Of a stretch of 41,113 bases of DNA, positions 40,032 to 41,113 are shown one piece after another. Below the pieces are notes generated by a model. That model saw nothing but the letters and a program-made list of their open reading frames with translations. It was not told the DNA's origin and did no database searches. A program made the position numbers and the translations under genes. This DNA is from an uncultured Dehalococcoidales bacterium (lineage in GTDB: Bacteria; Chloroflexota; Dehalococcoidia; GIF9; AB-539-J10): the NCBI GenBank assembly GCA_964585315.1, contig CAZPDE010000002.1:1-41113 (forward strand), read 5' to 3'. Position 1 is the first letter of the stretch. Every line of letters starts with the position of its first letter.

Positions 40032-41113
40032 AGCGCCGGCGCAGGTAAACTCAGGCGTCGGCCACTGATACATGCTGCTCCTGGTATCTATCTCAGCATA
40101 GGGGTAATATGTCCCTTCGTCGTTCCAGGTTACGGTCAAATCGCCGCCGCTGTTGGTGAAACCCTGGGATACGCCCGGGTCATACAAAATGGCGCTGACA
40201 AGCACCTCGGCGTTTTCCACATCTGTCGTGGTGCCGTTCCCATCGGTCCAGGTCACACTGAAGGTGATGTCCTCTCCCGGTATGATGCTCGTCTTATCAA
40301 CCGCCATCAGCAGTTGGTAATATCCCAGCGTATAATTGAACCAATGTACGCTGTCGTCGGATACTAGTGGATACTGGTCAGCACCTACTCCAGGCGTTAC
40401 TTCGTTAACCGCATACATCCAGCAATTCTCATCGGCGGTGCTATCTCCAATCTGAACCACATAGGGACCCCAGCCACCCTCAGTTACCTCGATATTGATA
40501 GTATTTTCCTGGCAGTAGCATATCAGGGCGCCCATCGCGGTTTGCGTGTCTACGGTAATACCGTCTTCGGTGATGGTGCCTCCGGGAACGCTGTAGCCGA
40601 TGACATCGAAGAGGTCTCCAGCAACACCCGTAGTCCGCAGGTCAACCAAGACTGCTGGTGCGCCGACTTCAATGACGCGGTCAACAGCCATATCAGTGAT
40701 CAGGGTATTGCCACCTTCCAGTCGCTCGGCATCAGCAGGCAAGTTGAGTCCGGTGCTGTATTCCCAGACTATGACGCCGGCAGAATCTATCTCGATGACG
40801 CGGTTACCGTCCATATCGGTAATCAGGGTATTGCCATCTGCCAGCCGCTCGGCATCGGCAGGGCCGACGAGACCAGTGCTGTATTCCCAGACTATGCTGC
40901 CGGCAGAGTTTACCTCAATTACTCGTTTGCTCTGCCAGTCGGTAATCAGCGTATTATCATTTGCCAGTCGCTCGGCATCCATTAGGCAACTGGACCCAGC
41001 GTTGTATTCCCAAGCTATGAGGCCGGCAGAGGTTACCTCAATGACACGATTGTTACTGCAGTCGGTAATCAGCGTATTATCATTTGCCAGTCGCTCGGCA
41101 TCCATTGGGTAAT
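39858..41113 (-). CDS. 5'-partial secreted protein: 41-aa beta-propeller repeats, DUF4430 (transcobalamin-like beta) module, Ig-like module, C-terminal dockerin
   Basis: The frame stays open to the window edge. It has four or more units of DAERL..(D/G)NTLITD....RVIE(V/I).SAG.I.WEY. DUF4430 pattern: ITVDTQTAMGALICYC...GGWGPYVVQIGD...NCWMYAVNEVTPGVGADQYPLVSDDSVHWFNY. It ends YPNWDVNEDGDIDTQDIVLVGMHWGESGAQGWIREDVNNDGDIDTQDIVIIGMHWGE. Confidence 0.75.
   Translation of the reverse strand, partial: YPMDAERLANDNTLITDCSNNRVIEVTSAGLIAWEYNAGSSCLMDAERLANDNTLITDWQSKRVIEVNSAGSIVWEYSTGLVGPADAERLADGNTLITDMDGNRVIEIDSAGVIVWEYSTGLNLPADAERLEGGNTLITDMAVDRVIEVGAPAVLVDLRTTGVAGDLFDVIGYSVPGGTITEDGITVDTQTAMGALICYCQENTINIEVTEGGWGPYVVQIGDSTADENCWMYAVNEVTPGVGADQYPLVSDDSVHWFNYTLGYYQLLMAVDKTSIIPGEDITFSVTWTDGNGTTTDVENAEVLVSAILYDPGVSQGFTNSGGDLTVTWNDEGTYYPYAEIDTRSSMYQWPTPEFTCAGAYPNWDVNEDGDIDTQDIVLVGMHWGESGAQGWIREDVNNDGDIDTQDIVIIGMHWGE

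Noticed and set aside
32160-41113. Classical cellulosome or polysaccharide-degrading function for the cohesin-dockerin locus
   Set aside because: No glycoside hydrolase, carbohydrate esterase, polysaccharide lyase or CBM signatures were recognised in any dockerin-bearing protein. The cargo is beta-propeller, Ig-like and DUF4430 modules.

Overview
41.1-kb bacterial window, probably from an uncultivated anaerobe. A Chloroflexota/Dehalococcoidia-like origin is a low-confidence guess from gene content and repeat style. All product calls come from reading the supplied translations and hand-translating selected stretches; no similarity search was run.

Layout:
(1) 1-3400: two toxin-antitoxin pairs whose toxin genes are both broken (in-frame TAG in a DUF4258 gene, frameshift in mazF). 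Next to them is a secreted beta-helix protein that is also split by an in-frame TAG.
(2) 3400-19300: housekeeping genes. These are hisS, an Rrf2/NifU/zinc-ribbon/VIT1/minimal SufC-SufB Fe-S block, ThiF-MoaE-FdhD, nadK, a GNAT, a NUDIX hydrolase, nth, a nucleoside hydrolase-ribokinase ORF and an MBL-fold protein.
(3) 19300-24100: accessory patch with a RelE/AbrB TA cassette, orphan small ORFs, a decayed cobO copy, a PP-loop ATPase and an ABC-2 exporter.
(4) 24100-41113, all on the minus strand: the most unusual part. cobO and a complete ECF transporter (S, fused A-A, T) are co-oriented with a DUF4430 (transcobalamin-like beta domain) lipoprotein and an 844-aa membrane-anchored alpha/alpha-toroid surface protein. 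Upstream of these lie a cohesin-module protein and at least three large secreted proteins (PQQ/BamB-like beta-propellers, a 41-aa-repeat propeller, a second DUF4430 module). Each of the three ends in the same 57-aa double EF-hand dockerin module.

My interpretation is a non-cellulosomal cohesin-dockerin surface assembly, possibly dedicated to corrinoid scavenging. That function is inference only.

The window also carries several dispersed intergenic repeat families. One family has entered reading frames: it forms an in-frame insertion in nadK and the linker that fuses the nucleoside hydrolase to the ribokinase. An Avd-like four-helix-bundle gene is bracketed by perfect 30-nt direct repeats inside an 8-nt tandem array. 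No rRNA, tRNA, CRISPR array, transposase or integrase was recognised.
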